A DNA stretch of 64,000 nucleotides, taken from positions 15,376,001 to 15,440,000 of the forward strand of contig OX597829.1 in the NCBI GenBank assembly GCA_951406725.2, in the 5' to 3' direction. The translations under genes and the position numbers were made by a program. The stretch comes from Octopus vulgaris (taxonomy: Eukaryota). The notes under the pieces were generated by a model. The model saw only the letters and a list, made by a program, of their open reading frames with translations. It was not told the DNA's origin and did not search any database. Shown one piece after another: positions 1 to 13,503 of this stretch (its first letter is position 1; every line of letters begins with the position of its first letter).

Positions 1-1845
1 CAGTAGTGGCTCAAGAGTCAATACATACAGCAGCGATGAGAGAGGGCATCCCTGACGAACCGAACGCATGATGTTAAAAGGTCTGGATAGATGACCATTT
101 ACGCGAACTACTGAGCGGATGACGCTGTATAAGGCAGCGATCCAACCGCGGAAAACTGGACCGAAACCAGCCGCTTTGAGGACAGCCTCCAAGTAGTGAT
201 GGTCTACCCTATCGAAAGCTTTTGATTGATCCAAATTGATCAGCGCCCCACCCATGCCAGGATTCTTAACTACCCTGTCTATGATGTAGCGCATCAGATG
301 GAAGTTGTCATGAATACTTCTACCCGGCACGGCGCATGTTTGCGCTTTGTCGATTAGTTTCTTGATGACAAGCGCCAACCTCTCGGCTAACACCTTGGCC
401 AAAATTTTCAAATCTGCGTTGAGCAGAGTGATGGGCCTGAAATGATCTATGACGTCCCCCTTGTTTGGGTCTTTCTTAATCAGTGCCACTGCTCCTCGCT
501 TTACAAAAGCAGGAATACTCCCGTTTTGCTGCCAGTTGCAGTAGACAGCTGCCAAGACGCCTCCAAACAAGTCTGGCATATGACAATAAAGTTGGTAGGG
601 CAGACCATCCAAGCCTGGTGACTTGTCTCTCGCGCAGCCCTCCATCTCATCCTGTACGTCCGCAGCTGTGATAGGCCTTTCACAAGACTCCACCTCTCTT
701 GCTGAGAGTCGTGACAAGGCATGCAGGTAGGCACTAAAGTCCACTCTGCGTTCTGACCCACCACTTGTCCCAAACAGTTGGGTGAAGTGTTGTTGAAAAG
801 CCCCACACATCCTTTTAGGCTCGAGCAATTCGCGCCCCATGATGGTTGCTCTGTTGCCTCGTTGCGTCTCCACCACTCGTGCCTCTTGGGCGGCTCCAAC
901 TCCTTCGTTCCTCAGAGCACGCATCCTAGCTCTGACAACGCATCATTCGTGTTTGGCGTTGAGGTGTTGGTCGAGGGCCAATCTCGCCGCCTGCACGTTG
1001 GACGCGATGCCAGTTCTAAGTGCCTCTTCTAAAACCTTAACTAATTCTCCCTCTATTCTATTTCGGTCTAAAGATAGGGCTTTACTGTATCTGACTGATT
1101 CTGCTTTAATTGCTTTTTTTTAGGGTATACTACCATCTGTTGATGATGATGGTACCCGTCAAATCTCTCTTAACTAATGTGCTGATCCGGTCCCTGTAAA
1201 CCTGTCGTGCTGTAAAAGACGCGTTCAGTTTCCAGTAACCAGGACCCTGCCTATGTGTCTTATCTAAGTCAAGTGTACAAGTCACAAACTTGTGATCTGT
1301 GTAACTGACTATATGAAATTGTGGACAACCTACACTATTTTTATCTATTGTCCTACAGAACACTCTATCTAAGTATGATCTGGACAACCCGATGCGGTTA
1401 CTCCATGTCCACATTGGCACATTCGGGTGGTCCAGTCGGTACCTGTCAGACAGTTGGAAACGTCTGAGCAGGTCTTTGAGGCATTTGCATCCCCTTCTAT
1501 TGCTATCTCTGCCCACGTAGTCTAGATGCGTGTCCAGGGTGGCATTCCAATCCCCCACTAAAAGTAAAGGACGAGACGTTCCCATGAAAGACTCTAGACG
1601 TCGAAAGAAATCTGGTCGCCAAACAAGTCTAGCATTTGACAACACAGCTCGTAGGATAAACCATCCAATCCAGGCGACTTATCCCTCGCGCAGCCCGCCA
1701 TCGCCTCCCGCACGTCAACGACTGTGATGGGACTTTCACAACACTTCGCTTCTCTTGCCGAGAGCTGTGGCAGGTCGGTCAGGTAGGCACTAAAATCCAT
1801 CCCGCGTTCCGACCCACCACTGGCACCAAACAGTCGAGCAAAGTG

Positions 1846-2877
1846 CTATTGAAAGGCCTCACACATCATTTCGGGTTCGAGTAAACTGCATCTTTGTTGA
1901 TCTATTAGAGACCGAATGGTGGCTCTGTTGCCACGCTGCACTTCCGCTACCCGGGCCCTTCGCGCAGCTTCGATCCCTTCGTTCCTTAAGGCACGCATTT
2001 TAGCTATGACGACGCAACCTTCGTGCTTGGCGTTGAGGTGTTGGTTGAGGGCCATCCTCGCATCTAGCACGTTGGTTGCGCCGCCAGTGGTGAGTGCCTC
2101 TTCTAGTTTCTTAACCAGGTCTCCCTCTACTCTATTTCGATCTATCGCTAATTCTTTGCTAAACCTAATTGATTCCGATTTTATTGCCATTTTCAGGGCG
2201 TACCACCAGCGGTTGTTAACGACGGCTCCCGTCAGTGCCCTCTTAATTAACTCGCTAATCCGGTTCCTGTAAACCTGTCGCGCTAAGAGCGACGTGTTCA
2301 GTTTCCAGTAACCGGGACCCTGCCTATGTGTTTTATCTAAGTTGAGCGTACACGTCATAAATTTGTGATTTGTGTAGCTGACTATTTTAAATTGTGGACA
2401 TCCTACACTATCCCTATCCGCTGTCCTGCATAGAATTCTATCTAGATAAGATCTCGACGATCCGACGCGGTTTGTCCAAGTCCACGTTGGCACGTTTGGA
2501 TGGTCGAGTCGGAACCTGTCAGACAAATGGAAACGTCTGAGCAGGTCTTTGAGGCTCTTACACCCCCTTCTATTCCTATCCCTTCCCACATAATCTAGAT
2601 GCGTGTCCAAGGTAGCGTTCCAAACTCCTACTAACAGTAAAGGTCTAGACGTACCCAGGAAAACCTCTAGACGTCTGAAGAAATCCGCCCGACCCGTTAA
2701 GGACGGTGCATAAACTGTCATCAGACGGAATGCACACCCATTTCTGCCATCCACGTCCAAGACAACCAGCCTACCCTCCGGGTCTAGGAATATTGCTCTT
2801 ACTTTTACATTTAGACTCTTTCGAAAAAGCACCGCGGTACCTCCACCACCCATGTTCACACAACCTAATTTAAGCAT
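1846..2877 (-). pseudogene. Tx1 ORF2 apurinic-like endonuclease and linker, with N-terminal internal deletion
   Basis: APE motifs present; MLKLGCVN joins directly to MGGGGTAVLF, omitting the segment seen in ORF 25851-27554. Confidence 0.85.
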
Positions 2878-2943
2878 AATTGACGTTTACGAAAATTGTG
2901 TTTCACACACTACATTGGAAGAGACAGGAGGCAAGAGGGAAGG

Positions 2944-4803
2944 TCACCTACTCATTTCGAAAGTTTCATATTTTTCTTCTTCTTTTGTAGTGTCTTTGAT
3001 GAGGTGTTTGTGTAGTTTTTTGGAGAGGTAACGTTGAAACCCGCCTACCGCATTTGGAAATATTGTTTTCAGTGTATGGTGTTGTGTTTGTGTTATGTGT
3101 ACAATTTTTATGAGCTTCGGTGGTGTGGTGCGCGGATGATTGTTTGTCTTAAAGTCATCTTCACAGATGTCCGTGTTGGATACAATGTAATCCATTAATA
3201 TTTTATTGTCTGTGACTATTGCAGTTAGTTGTGTGTGTGGTTTTGCGGGTTCATTGATTTTTTTATTGTCTAGGGGATGCTGTCCGGAGTTTAATATATC
3301 CCTGCTTTACTTCCTTGTTTGGTGGGCTTTTTTATCTTTTACTTTTACCTCCTGTGGCTATTTGCCATTCCGTCGAACTTTCGTCGTCCGGCGTATCAGA
3401 AGGGGGTAAAGGCAAAGCATTTGCGTTAATATGTATGCTTGTAGAAATTGTTGATGTTTTGTGCGGTGTTTGTGTTGTTGTGGTGTTAGGGGTAGAATTT
3501 GTCTCCTCGTCACTGTTTTCTGTCTTTTTAATTGTCGTCCTGGATGTTGGTGTGGTGCTATCTTTTGATTCAGCATGATGAATTGGTTGCGTCGTCAACG
3601 GTGATTTTGTTGGTACTGTTTCTTTTCTTGGTGATGTTGTTGGGGTTTGTTTGCTGGATTGTTGGTTTTCTTCTTGGCATTGTTCCATAATTGAGTGTGT
3701 TGGTGTTGGTGTTGGCAACAAGGGTTTTTTATTTGTTTTCTGATTTGTTCTTTCTTGTTTTTTACTGTGCTAGAGCGCACTTGGCAATTAAATGCTCTAG
3801 GCTGCCACAGTTGTAGCATCTAGGCATTTTGCCTTCTGCCACAACATATAGGCTTTGCCCATTTTCTAGGTGGATCCTATCGGGTAGGTTCTCGATAGAG
3901 GTCCCCTCAATCTGGATGGTCACTACTATTGTTTTTCCACCCCAATTGTCGTTTAGGTACACGATGGTTTCTAAAATATTGATCTTTTTCAAATGGTAAC
4001 AGATTGCCCCTGTTATCCATTTGTTCGGGATCTCGGGGGGTACATTTTTAATAGTAATTCTACTCACTCTCTGGCCTTTGAAATAAGGTACCATTTTGAT
4101 ATCCTCATTTTCCAAAGACTTGGTAGAGTGAGCTTTTGCCACTTCCTGGTTAGGGAAGCGGACCGCTACTGTGTTAAACTGGGGACCCCAGTTTATATAT
4201 TCTTTTGTTTCATTATATTTTTAAAACATTTTTCTATATCCGTTTTTGTAATCTTTTCATTTTGTTTTTTGTTTTTTCTTATAATTTTATATATAATTGT
4301 TTTATTTTCTATTTGTTCCTTTATGTGTTGAGGTGTATGCAGCACTAAATCTTGCCCACGGGTTGTATAGAGAGCTCTCGTTTCTATTAGCTCTTCATTT
4401 GTAAATTTTACTATTTCTTTCTTCTGACGCAGAGTGTCAGCGAAATTTACTGGTGTTGTTGATTTTTTATATTAACATCTTCACTATTAGATAGTTCATT
4501 TTTATTGTTATTGTTGTTGTTGTTGTTTTTCTTAATAGTATTCGCGTGAGTTTCATGTTTATCATTTATGTTGGTCGTGGTGGTGGAGGTGGTGGTGGTA
4601 GCAGTAGTAGTCTCGTTGTTGTTGTTGTTAGTGGTGGTGGTGACAGGGCTGTTACCGCAAGTGGTTGCAGCGTTCACTACCACGTCATTCAGGTTTACAT
4701 TTTGCGTGCATACGTTCTTTTTTTCTCCTCGCGTTTCCAGACTAGGAAAATGCTGGTCCATAAAAGAACGCGACCAGCGTTCTACAATAAAATTTCTCGA
4801 CAT
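2944..4803 (-). pseudogene. Tx1 ORF1 (gag-like, CCHC zinc knuckle), frameshifted
   Basis: ORF pieces 4447-4803, 3762-4142, 3332-3721 and 2944-3195 are collinear with ORF1 pieces at 27605-29717; CX2CX4HX4C knuckle present. Confidence 0.85.
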
Positions 4804-5000
4804 TTTTTAATGTCGAGAAGAAAATTACGCAAATTAAATAGGGTTGAAAATACCGCTAGGGGCGAATTCCTCCCTTGGAAAAACACTCAAATGAAAGTTG
4901 GGTGCCTTACACACCTTATTTACAAAAATGTACACAAAATATGGGCTATAAATAGTCAAAATAAACGATTACCTTCGGAGCCGAAGTGACAGCACGTCCG

Positions 5001-5168
<168 letters not shown>

Positions 5169-5519
5169 GTCAATATATACAGTAGTGACGAGACGGTAAA
5201 TGGTCTACGTTGATGGCCATTTACTCGAACTACTGAGCGGATGCCGCTGTATAAAGCAGCGATCCAACTGCGAAAGACTGGACCGAAACCAGTCGCCTTA
5301 AGGACAGCCGTCAAGTATCTATGGTCGACACATACCATGCCATGTTCCTTAACTACCTTGAGGTGATGGTTGTCATGGATATTTCTCCCTCTATTTTATT
5401 TCGCTCTATCGCTAAAGCCTTGCTATAACTAAGCGATTCTGCTTTAATTGCCCTCTATTGGGAAAACAACCAATCGTTGTTGACAATGTCTCCCGTCAAC
5501 TCCCTCTTAACTAATGCGT

Positions 5520-5807
5520 CCCCAAAGTCCATCCCCTCCTCACCGTGGTGGGGACGCTGGCAACGGGTAGTGTCAGAGCTATGCCGTCGGGAACCTCGGT
5601 TTCTGGCAGAGCCACCCAAGGCGGATTGGTCGGACACCGAGTGGTATTAGGGCCACAACCCGGAGAAAATCCTCGGAGTGTCTGTTTTGGCAACCGGCGG
5701 CTCCTCGGTCGTTCTGTCCCTGCGTCTGCAGACTTCTGTGGCAAACAGGATGTCTTTACATGCGGGATTGTTGGGGACCGCTCGTCAAATCCACATATTC
5801 CCACGAA

Positions 5808-5838
<31 letters not shown>

Positions 5839-5955
5839 CGTCTTCTTCTTCTTCTTCTTCTTCTTCTTCTTCTTCTTCTTCTTCTTCTTCTTCTTCTTCT
5901 TCTTCTTCTTCTTCTTCTTCTTCTTCTTCTTCTTCTTCTTCTTTTTTCTTCTTAT
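5520..5955 (+). mobile_element. Short non-autonomous retroposon with RTE-5'-like head and (TTC)n tail
   Basis: Flanked by the 9-bp direct repeat CTAATGCGT (5511-5519 and 5956-5964); removing it restores the Tx1 sequence. The GAGCTATGCCG...GCCACCCAAGGCGGA motif recalls RTE/BovB 5' regions. (TTC)n tail at 5809-5950. Confidence 0.7.
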
Positions 5956-6371
5956 CTAATGCGTTAATACAGTCTTTGTAAACTTGTTGAGCAGGAGCAA
6001 TGCGTTCAATTTCGAGTATCCGGGACCCTGCCTATGATCCTTACCTAAATCGAGCGTACAGGTCACGAATTTTTGATCTGCGTAACGGACTATGGGAAAT
6101 TGTGGACAACCTACATTATCCCTATCTACTGTCCTTCTGAATACTCTATCTAAATACGATCTGGACGACTCAATGCGGTTGGTTCATGTCCACATTGGCA
6201 CAATCGAGTGGAAACAGCTGAGCAGGTCTTTGAGGCATTTCTATCCCTTTCTCTTCCTATCTATACCTACATAGTCTAGACGCGTGTCCAAGATAGCTCG
6301 AGACGTTTCCATGAAAACCTCTAGACGTCGAAGGAAATCCGCCTGATCTGATAAGGACGGTGCACATACCT

Positions 6372-6775
6372 GTTTCTTTACTACCCACAATGGGCTACAC
6401 ACAGGAGGGACAAACAAAGACAGACAAACGGATCAAGTCGATTACATCGACCCCAGTGCGTAACTGGTACTTAATTTATCGACCCCGAGAGGATGAAAGG
6501 CAAAGTCGACCTCGGCGGAATTTGAACTCAGAACGTAACGGCAGACGAAATACCTATTTCTTTATTACCCACAAGGTGCTAAACATAGAGGGGACAAACA
6601 TGGACAGACATAGGTATTAAGTCGATTATATCGACCCCAGTGCTTAACTGGTACTTAATTTATCGACCCCGAAAGGATGAAAGGCAAAGTCGACCTCGGC
6701 TTTCATCCTCGGCAGACGAAATACCGTTAAGCATTTCGCCCGGCGTGCTAACGTTTCTGCCAGCTCGCCGCCTTC
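6372..6775 (-). mobile_element. tRNA-derived SINE with a second, 5'-truncated copy nested inside
   Basis: Head is the reverse complement GGCGGCGAGCTGGCAGAAACGTTAGCACG; B-box-like GAGTTCAAATTCC; central GCCTTTCATCCTTTCGGGGTCGATAAATTAAGTACC resembles the Meta/MESC domain. Inner TSD GCAGACGAAATACC (6541-6554 and 6712-6725); outer imperfect TSD AGGAC(G/A)GTG(C/T)A(C/T)ATACC. Confidence 0.88.
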
Positions 6776-6996
6776 AGGACAGTGTATATACCGTTACCAG
6801 TCGGAGAGCACACCCATTACTGCCATCGACATCCAAGAAGACCAGCCTACCCACCGGGTCTAAGTGGTCTAAGTGGTAGAGGCGGTGGTGGAGGCAGTGG
6901 TGGTAGCAACAGTCTTTGTGTTAGGCATACATTCATTATCTTTCCTTTCTCTTCCCATTTGTTCGGTAGGAACGCTAGTGTCGTTGTTCAACTGTG

Positions 6997-7036
<40 letters not shown>

Positions 7037-7289
7037 TGAGGGAATGCTTTCTATCTTACTCGTTGCTGTTGGTAACGGAGAAATGTCAACGTCCAAATGG
7101 GTTAGAGAGACGCTGCTGGTCTCGGAACAAGCTATTCATTTTTTTAAATAGTTTTTTGAAACCCGAAAATTCTCCCTTAAATACTTAAAGGGAGAATTTT
7201 TTGACAAAAATTGTTTACAAATTAATAAAGCAGAAACTCTTTAAACTTACGGGTGACGTCGCGACAACAGCCAGTTGATTAATTGATTG

Positions 7290-7450
<161 letters not shown>

Positions 7451-7553
7451 GAGATATTAATATATGGAGGGTTAAAGATACCGACTGGTAAATATTCTTG
7501 CTACACCGCACGCACACACAAACATGAACACACGCACATGCACACGAATATGA

Positions 7554-7596
<43 letters not shown>

Positions 7597-8402
7597 CGTG
7601 TGTGCATGCTTGTGTATGTGACTGTGTGTGTTAGTGTTTGTGTATGCGAGATGGAAAGACAAAGATAATGAAAGAATTAATGTAACAGCTGAAAAAGATC
7701 ATTTCTGGAATATCAATAAAATTTACTTTCGTTGAAGTTGATTAAAATCTAGCATACCCACATGTGCCTGTACAATCACACACTTGACACATACACACAC
7801 ATATACACACTGAATACATATAAACATAGACGAAGATACATTTATTAGATTCTGATGAAATTGTTATATTCTGCTTCAGTAAAAGCAATACTAATAGATC
7901 AGTGGAATATCTTTTTATGTTGTAAAGAAGATAATAAATTGACGTTTCAGATACTTGTCCTTTTTCGGAAGGAGAGAGAAAGTGATAATACTTAGAAGTG
8001 TTCTCTTTTAGGTATATATTCGGTAACGAAGCGGTAAATTAGATCGAAGAATGGTACGAAGGGTTTTTGCAGAGAGGGTGAGGTGGGGTTGTGTATGTAC
8101 CTTGTGTATGTATCTTGGTTGTCGTTGGGTTGGGAGGGAGAAATTTATAAGAGAACGGTAACAGCTTATCTAACAGGATAAAAGAAGGCTAAATAAAGGA
8201 GGTGGTGACGGTTTGGGGAAGAGAGAATATAATGTAAGAGATGTTATCCATATAATTATTCGTGTAGTTCAATTAATGTGTTGGACGCAAAATCTAGGGG
8301 CATTTTACCAATTGCTTCCAACACTTAAGAAAAAAAAAAGAGGCAAACGCTTTTCTTGAAAACTTTCTGTAGTATTCTTAATCGTACAAATAATGTACAT
8401 GC

Positions 8403-8448
<46 letters not shown>

Positions 8449-8669
8449 ATGTGTGCATGAGTTTGTGTGTGCATGTATGTATCTATGTATGTATGTATAT
8501 ATGTATGTATGTATGACTCCATTCATATTGTTCAGACTGAAATTAAGTATCGATGCACCTACGTTTGTACCCATTCGCTATTCAAGCATTTTATTCATTC
8601 CATACTTCCTTTAACAAACCTCTCTCTCTCTCTCTCTTTCCCTCCTTCTCCCTCTTTCTCTTTCTCTGT

Positions 8670-8727
<58 letters not shown>

Positions 8728-9399
8728 TCACTACCTCGCCTCACTTTATTTTATACAAAACTCACTTTCACTCCTTTTTTACTCTCTGCACCCGTCCATT
8801 ACAACAAATTTTATTTTACAGCTATGAATTTGTTCTTGTTTGGTTTTTAATGTTATTATCAAGCCATTTTGTGTATGTTTCTTAAGTTCTAAAATGGCTT
8901 TTTCACCTGGATTTTTTTCTTGACGGCAGAAAATATATAAATATTTTCTTTCTTCAAGGCATAATGCTTCGTTTTATTCAGCTAAATACACTCGTTATTC
9001 ATGTTTGTGTTACATTATTTTTCAATGATCAATCGATTTCTCCAACAGATTCTATCAGTTTTGAAATGTGAACAAACTCTTCTACAATCAGTTTTCAAAG
9101 TTTATTTGATGATTTCTCTACTGATTCACACGGTACCATGTAAAACCATTGTACTTCTTCATAAATTCACTCTTATCTGGCGACCAGTTCCATAAAACTT
9201 GCAGCTACGGTTTCTGATGTTTTGAACTTGAAATAAAGTATTTCGCTTATTTTCTCCATATATGTCTCTGTGGGTGAGGGGTGATCAGAGAGGAAGAGAA
9301 AGAGAGAGAGAGAGAGAGAAAGAGGTAGAGAGCGAGAGAAATGTCTTAAAAGAAACCTTTTTTAACGAAGACTGTAATATGGATAATAGTACTGTGATG

Positions 9400-9880
9400 C
9401 TTATCATCACTAATGAGGTCTAACAAATCCGAAACATGTCCATTACTGTCATCATGCTCGAAAATAAAGATCGGATTTCATTGGAGATTGAGAAAAGAGA
9501 AACATTAATTCGCACTTTCCTGTTAATAACTCTCCTGGCATTTTGTGGTTTACGCACGGTAAATTCCATTGGATAAGTTCTCCTTGTCCTATTGTATTTC
9601 AAAATGTGGAATATTTCACTCTTATTTTATCATCATATTACAAGACAAAGTTGCTTTCAATGATCTCACATGAACTGCGGAACTTTTGTGTGCAGTGCTT
9701 CCAGATCCTATCATAGAGTTAACTGTTTACAATATTCTATACGTCAAACCAATGAACCCTCTATGGCAAACAATAAATATTCCAAATAGTTTTCTAAAGA
9801 CCTCAGAGATGCTACAAAAGCTACAAGATAAAGAAATACTATCCATCTTTCTCTCTCTCCCTCTCTTTCTCTCTCTCTCC

Positions 9881-9940
<60 letters not shown>

Positions 9941-11830
9941 CACTATCTCCCTGTCTTATTCTCTCTTCTGAAGTTTGCTGTAAACAGGTAATTATCAAAT
10001 TGACAACTGAAATGTACCAGGCAACAAATAAGTAATGTGCAACAACGACACATCAACTCTAGAATTTACTCCTTATCTCTGTGAAATATATTTTCAAGGA
10101 CAATTATTGCAAATATAATTGTACAGACGTAGAAATACAAGAACGTAATGTATTTATTTATGATGGAATTACTCAATACATAAATAGCTAATACGTCAAC
10201 GCTCACAGAAATAAGGTGGAGGTTGATGGTATACTGAGTGCATGGTTCTTCCTACACTTTCATTACGTAGTTCCAATACATTTCGAACCATGATCATCCA
10301 ATTTACTTCCCAGAATACACCTGAAATAGAGCCTTTCTTTAAAAAATGCCTTACATAGAAACAATTATTTACGGTATATTTTAGACTAAAATGGAAAATT
10401 AAGAAGCTGCCAGAGGGTATGCCTACTCTAAAATTCTCTGTTATTGTGACTGTAACAAAAGGACAACAGCATGAAAACAGAAAATAATTGAGGAGATAAA
10501 ATAATCACAAGAATGCATGCTGTTCACCTGCAGAAAATTGAGAGATTATATTTAAGATTGTTGTTGTTGTTGCTCTCGTCGTCGTCATCGTTATTGTTGT
10601 TGTTGTTGGCATTGTTATCATTATTACATACTTGAAGAGAGCTCCTGCTCGTGACAACGTTATTCATAACACTTATAAAAGCATCAGCTGCAAGAAAAAT
10701 TTTCTAAATAATGATAACAATATAATGGTACGATATATATCGGAAGCTGTAAAGAAAAAGAGATTGTGTCATCAACTAAAAGAATTTTAGATCGTTAGAT
10801 AACTTCTAACTGGACAGCTTGGTCCTCTGTCCTTATTCCAATGGCTTGAGTAAGGATTTATTTAAGATTTCTTAGCAGATGGTAGGAACATACAGGGAAG
10901 TTCGCTAAAATGTATTTTGCGTAATTTATTAGCGTAATTGACTTCATGCACTGCAGTAACAGAGGACTGTCTGGATGTATAACAACTTTTAATGATGTCA
11001 ATAAAGATTTTTACGTGGAGAATGATGCAATTTAACACCACCACAAAGTTTAAATGACCTCAACTTATATGCTTTGAACGAGTTTCTGAAAATATTCGTT
11101 GGCGATAGTGAAGGGCGTTTCCATAATGCTTATAAAAGTTCAATAAAACAATAGATTTACAAAACGTTCATAGTAAGAACGTGTGGTCCTCTGCAACAAC
11201 TGACATTTCTGTTTATTTGTTGACGAGTGATAACAATTCACAGTAAACTCAGTCTTCCTGTACCCATCCTAGTTACATCTTTATCATCTTTGCAATTTCA
11301 CTTAGAAATTCTTCAATACAAAACAGTAAATGCAACTCCGATGTTAACAGATGAATTACCAAATGCCCTTTTATATTCTTATATTCTTAGAAAATATGAG
11401 TACGAATACCATTCTATTGCACCCGGAAGTAAATTATTTTTAAGATGATTTGAATCAGCTAATCTTTTGGGATTACCTTCTCGTGAGCAAATACTAAATG
11501 CTTTTTCTCTTATAATGTTCATGTCAACCTGTAACCAGGAATAGCCTACTGAAAGACTCTAGACCTTCAGGAATTCATTGCATCAATGCATTCCAGAAAT
11601 TAAGAGTGACAGCAGAAGAGGAGACAGAGTATTGATGCCTACAGTGAATATAGTTCCAAGTCATATAACTCAACCCTTTATATTGAAGATAAAGCAGTTC
11701 CATAGTATTCTTCCCATTGTTGCGAAAATAACAGATCTCGACACATATGTTAGATCTGAAATATATTTGTCCAAAAAAAATATTGAATGTGTTCTTTAGT
11801 AGAAATAAGAACAGTGGAAACCTGTGATAA
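9400..11830 (+). mobile_element. Degenerate Helitron Rep-helicase (PIF1-like) fossil
   Basis: 11440-11760 translates to FESANLLGLPSREQILNAFSLIMFM...RGDRVLMPTVNIVPSHITQPFILKIKQFHSILP, resembling the Helitron GLPPHxLxLKxGxPIMLLRN and IPRI...PF.LKRxQFP motifs. Upstream matches are weaker, so the 5' boundary is uncertain. Confidence 0.55.
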
Positions 11831-12519
11831 CTAATTAACAAAACAGACTGACAAATTGTTTCTTTTCCCTCTAAAATAGATGTAAAAAATGTTGCTGGTA
11901 GAGAACTTTAGATTTAATGCGCATTTAATATTTGTTGATAGAGTAAGAAGTTGTATACGCCGTTCTGTAACTATATCCTATTAGAGAAGGTAGTAAATAT
12001 TTGGCTTCCATCTCTGCCATAATATATACATACATATTGTAAATATTTGTAAACGACTACCTGTAATATATTGTGAAATAATATCGTTCTTGTAAACTGC
12101 ATTCCGTAAAATGGTGTAAAATGTAAACGTTGGTGTAAACGGATACTCTATATTTTTTATGAAATGTTTTGAATAACCCTGTAAAATGCAGTAGTATCAT
12201 GTTATAAAATGTAATGTAATATTACACACTGCAAGCTGTATAGTTTTTCTGTAATGTAAATATTGCTGTTTACTACAACTGTTATACTACAGTAAAATGT
12301 GTACATGATCTTTAATTGCAACCTATGCTCTATTATAAAAGCAAATGCTGTCGAAACTTCCAGCCTACACCACATAGTTTAGCGTCGTACATATTGCTTG
12401 TCTTAGTATAATTCTCAATTCTAAATCTCATTCTCGATCTGCCAAGCTTACTCTTAGCGCACATTCAATCCCTCACTATTTTTTTATAATACTCGCACCT
12501 TCCGCTTCCCCTTCTCGCT

Positions 12520-12584
<65 letters not shown>

Positions 12585-13503
12585 ACTCTCTCTCTCTTTA
12601 ACGTTCAATTTTATTCGAATGTTACGAACAAGAAACAATATTAAAAAAACAACCCATACTCTGGTGTTTTATTATATTGGATTACACGTGTTGCTAACTG
12701 TACCAGTCGAAGGCAGCATATTGTTTTGGATATTTGTAGATAGATTACTAATTATCACAAGGAAAGTGGTCTGTTCATTCATTACCTCATAATGCCACAA
12801 ATATTTACGCTATTTGATCGAGATACCAGATAAAGAGTAAAATACATTTAAAGCGCTAACACTTTTCAAAAAGCAATCTGATAATAACAACGACTTCACA
12901 AAATATCAAATTATATTTGTTAAGGTAGTGTTACATTAGATATAATGTAATAAAAATTTATTCTGTTGAGTACTATTTACATTTTCCTTACATTAGTTTA
13001 TTCTTAATACTACCTGCAAATACAAACGCATATTATTTTCAGAAGGGAAAGGTTGACAATGACGTAGAATTTTCGGTTTAGCTGCTTTCCTCACACAGCA
13101 TATTACGTTTGATGTTTATAGTATAAAAAGAAATAGCTTGATTTTCTAGTCAGGGTTCATTCCAACGTATATGCAACAGAGGTGAGGGGAAACTAGATTC
13201 GTATAGAAATACAGCTCAGATATAGATGATATTCAGAAATTTAAGTGGCCGGGTTTCGAATATTAGGTTAAACTGAGTAAGATGTATGTATATAAGTATT
13301 GACTATAGATAAAGAACGGTGCAGTTACTTCTGGTGTTTGCATAAAAAAATTTTTTGTACAGGTGTAACTACAAACTAATATATATACACACATCTTTTG
13401 ATATATATATATATTGTGCGTCTATGTATGTATGCATATATATGTATGAATGTATGAATCTGTGTATATATGTACGTATGTACATATATATATATATATA
13501 TAT

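Larger units (their letters stand above)
1..5000 (-). mobile_element. Tx1-clade non-LTR retrotransposon (subfamily A 5' part), degenerate and chimeric; 3' part runs off the window start
   Basis: 5' terminus at 5000 abuts (GATA)n. Frameshifted ORF1 (4803-2944) has the knuckle RCYNCGSLEHLIAKC. The APE region (2877-1846) reads LLLVGVWN...SYLDRI...YTNHK...GPGYWKLN. RT segments include DKSPGLDG and the QSKAFDRVDH region near 200-240. Confidence 0.93.

Noticed and set aside
7935-7975. Penelope-like hammerhead remnant (GACGTTTCAG...)
   Set aside because: The CUGANGA core is not intact; too degenerate to call.
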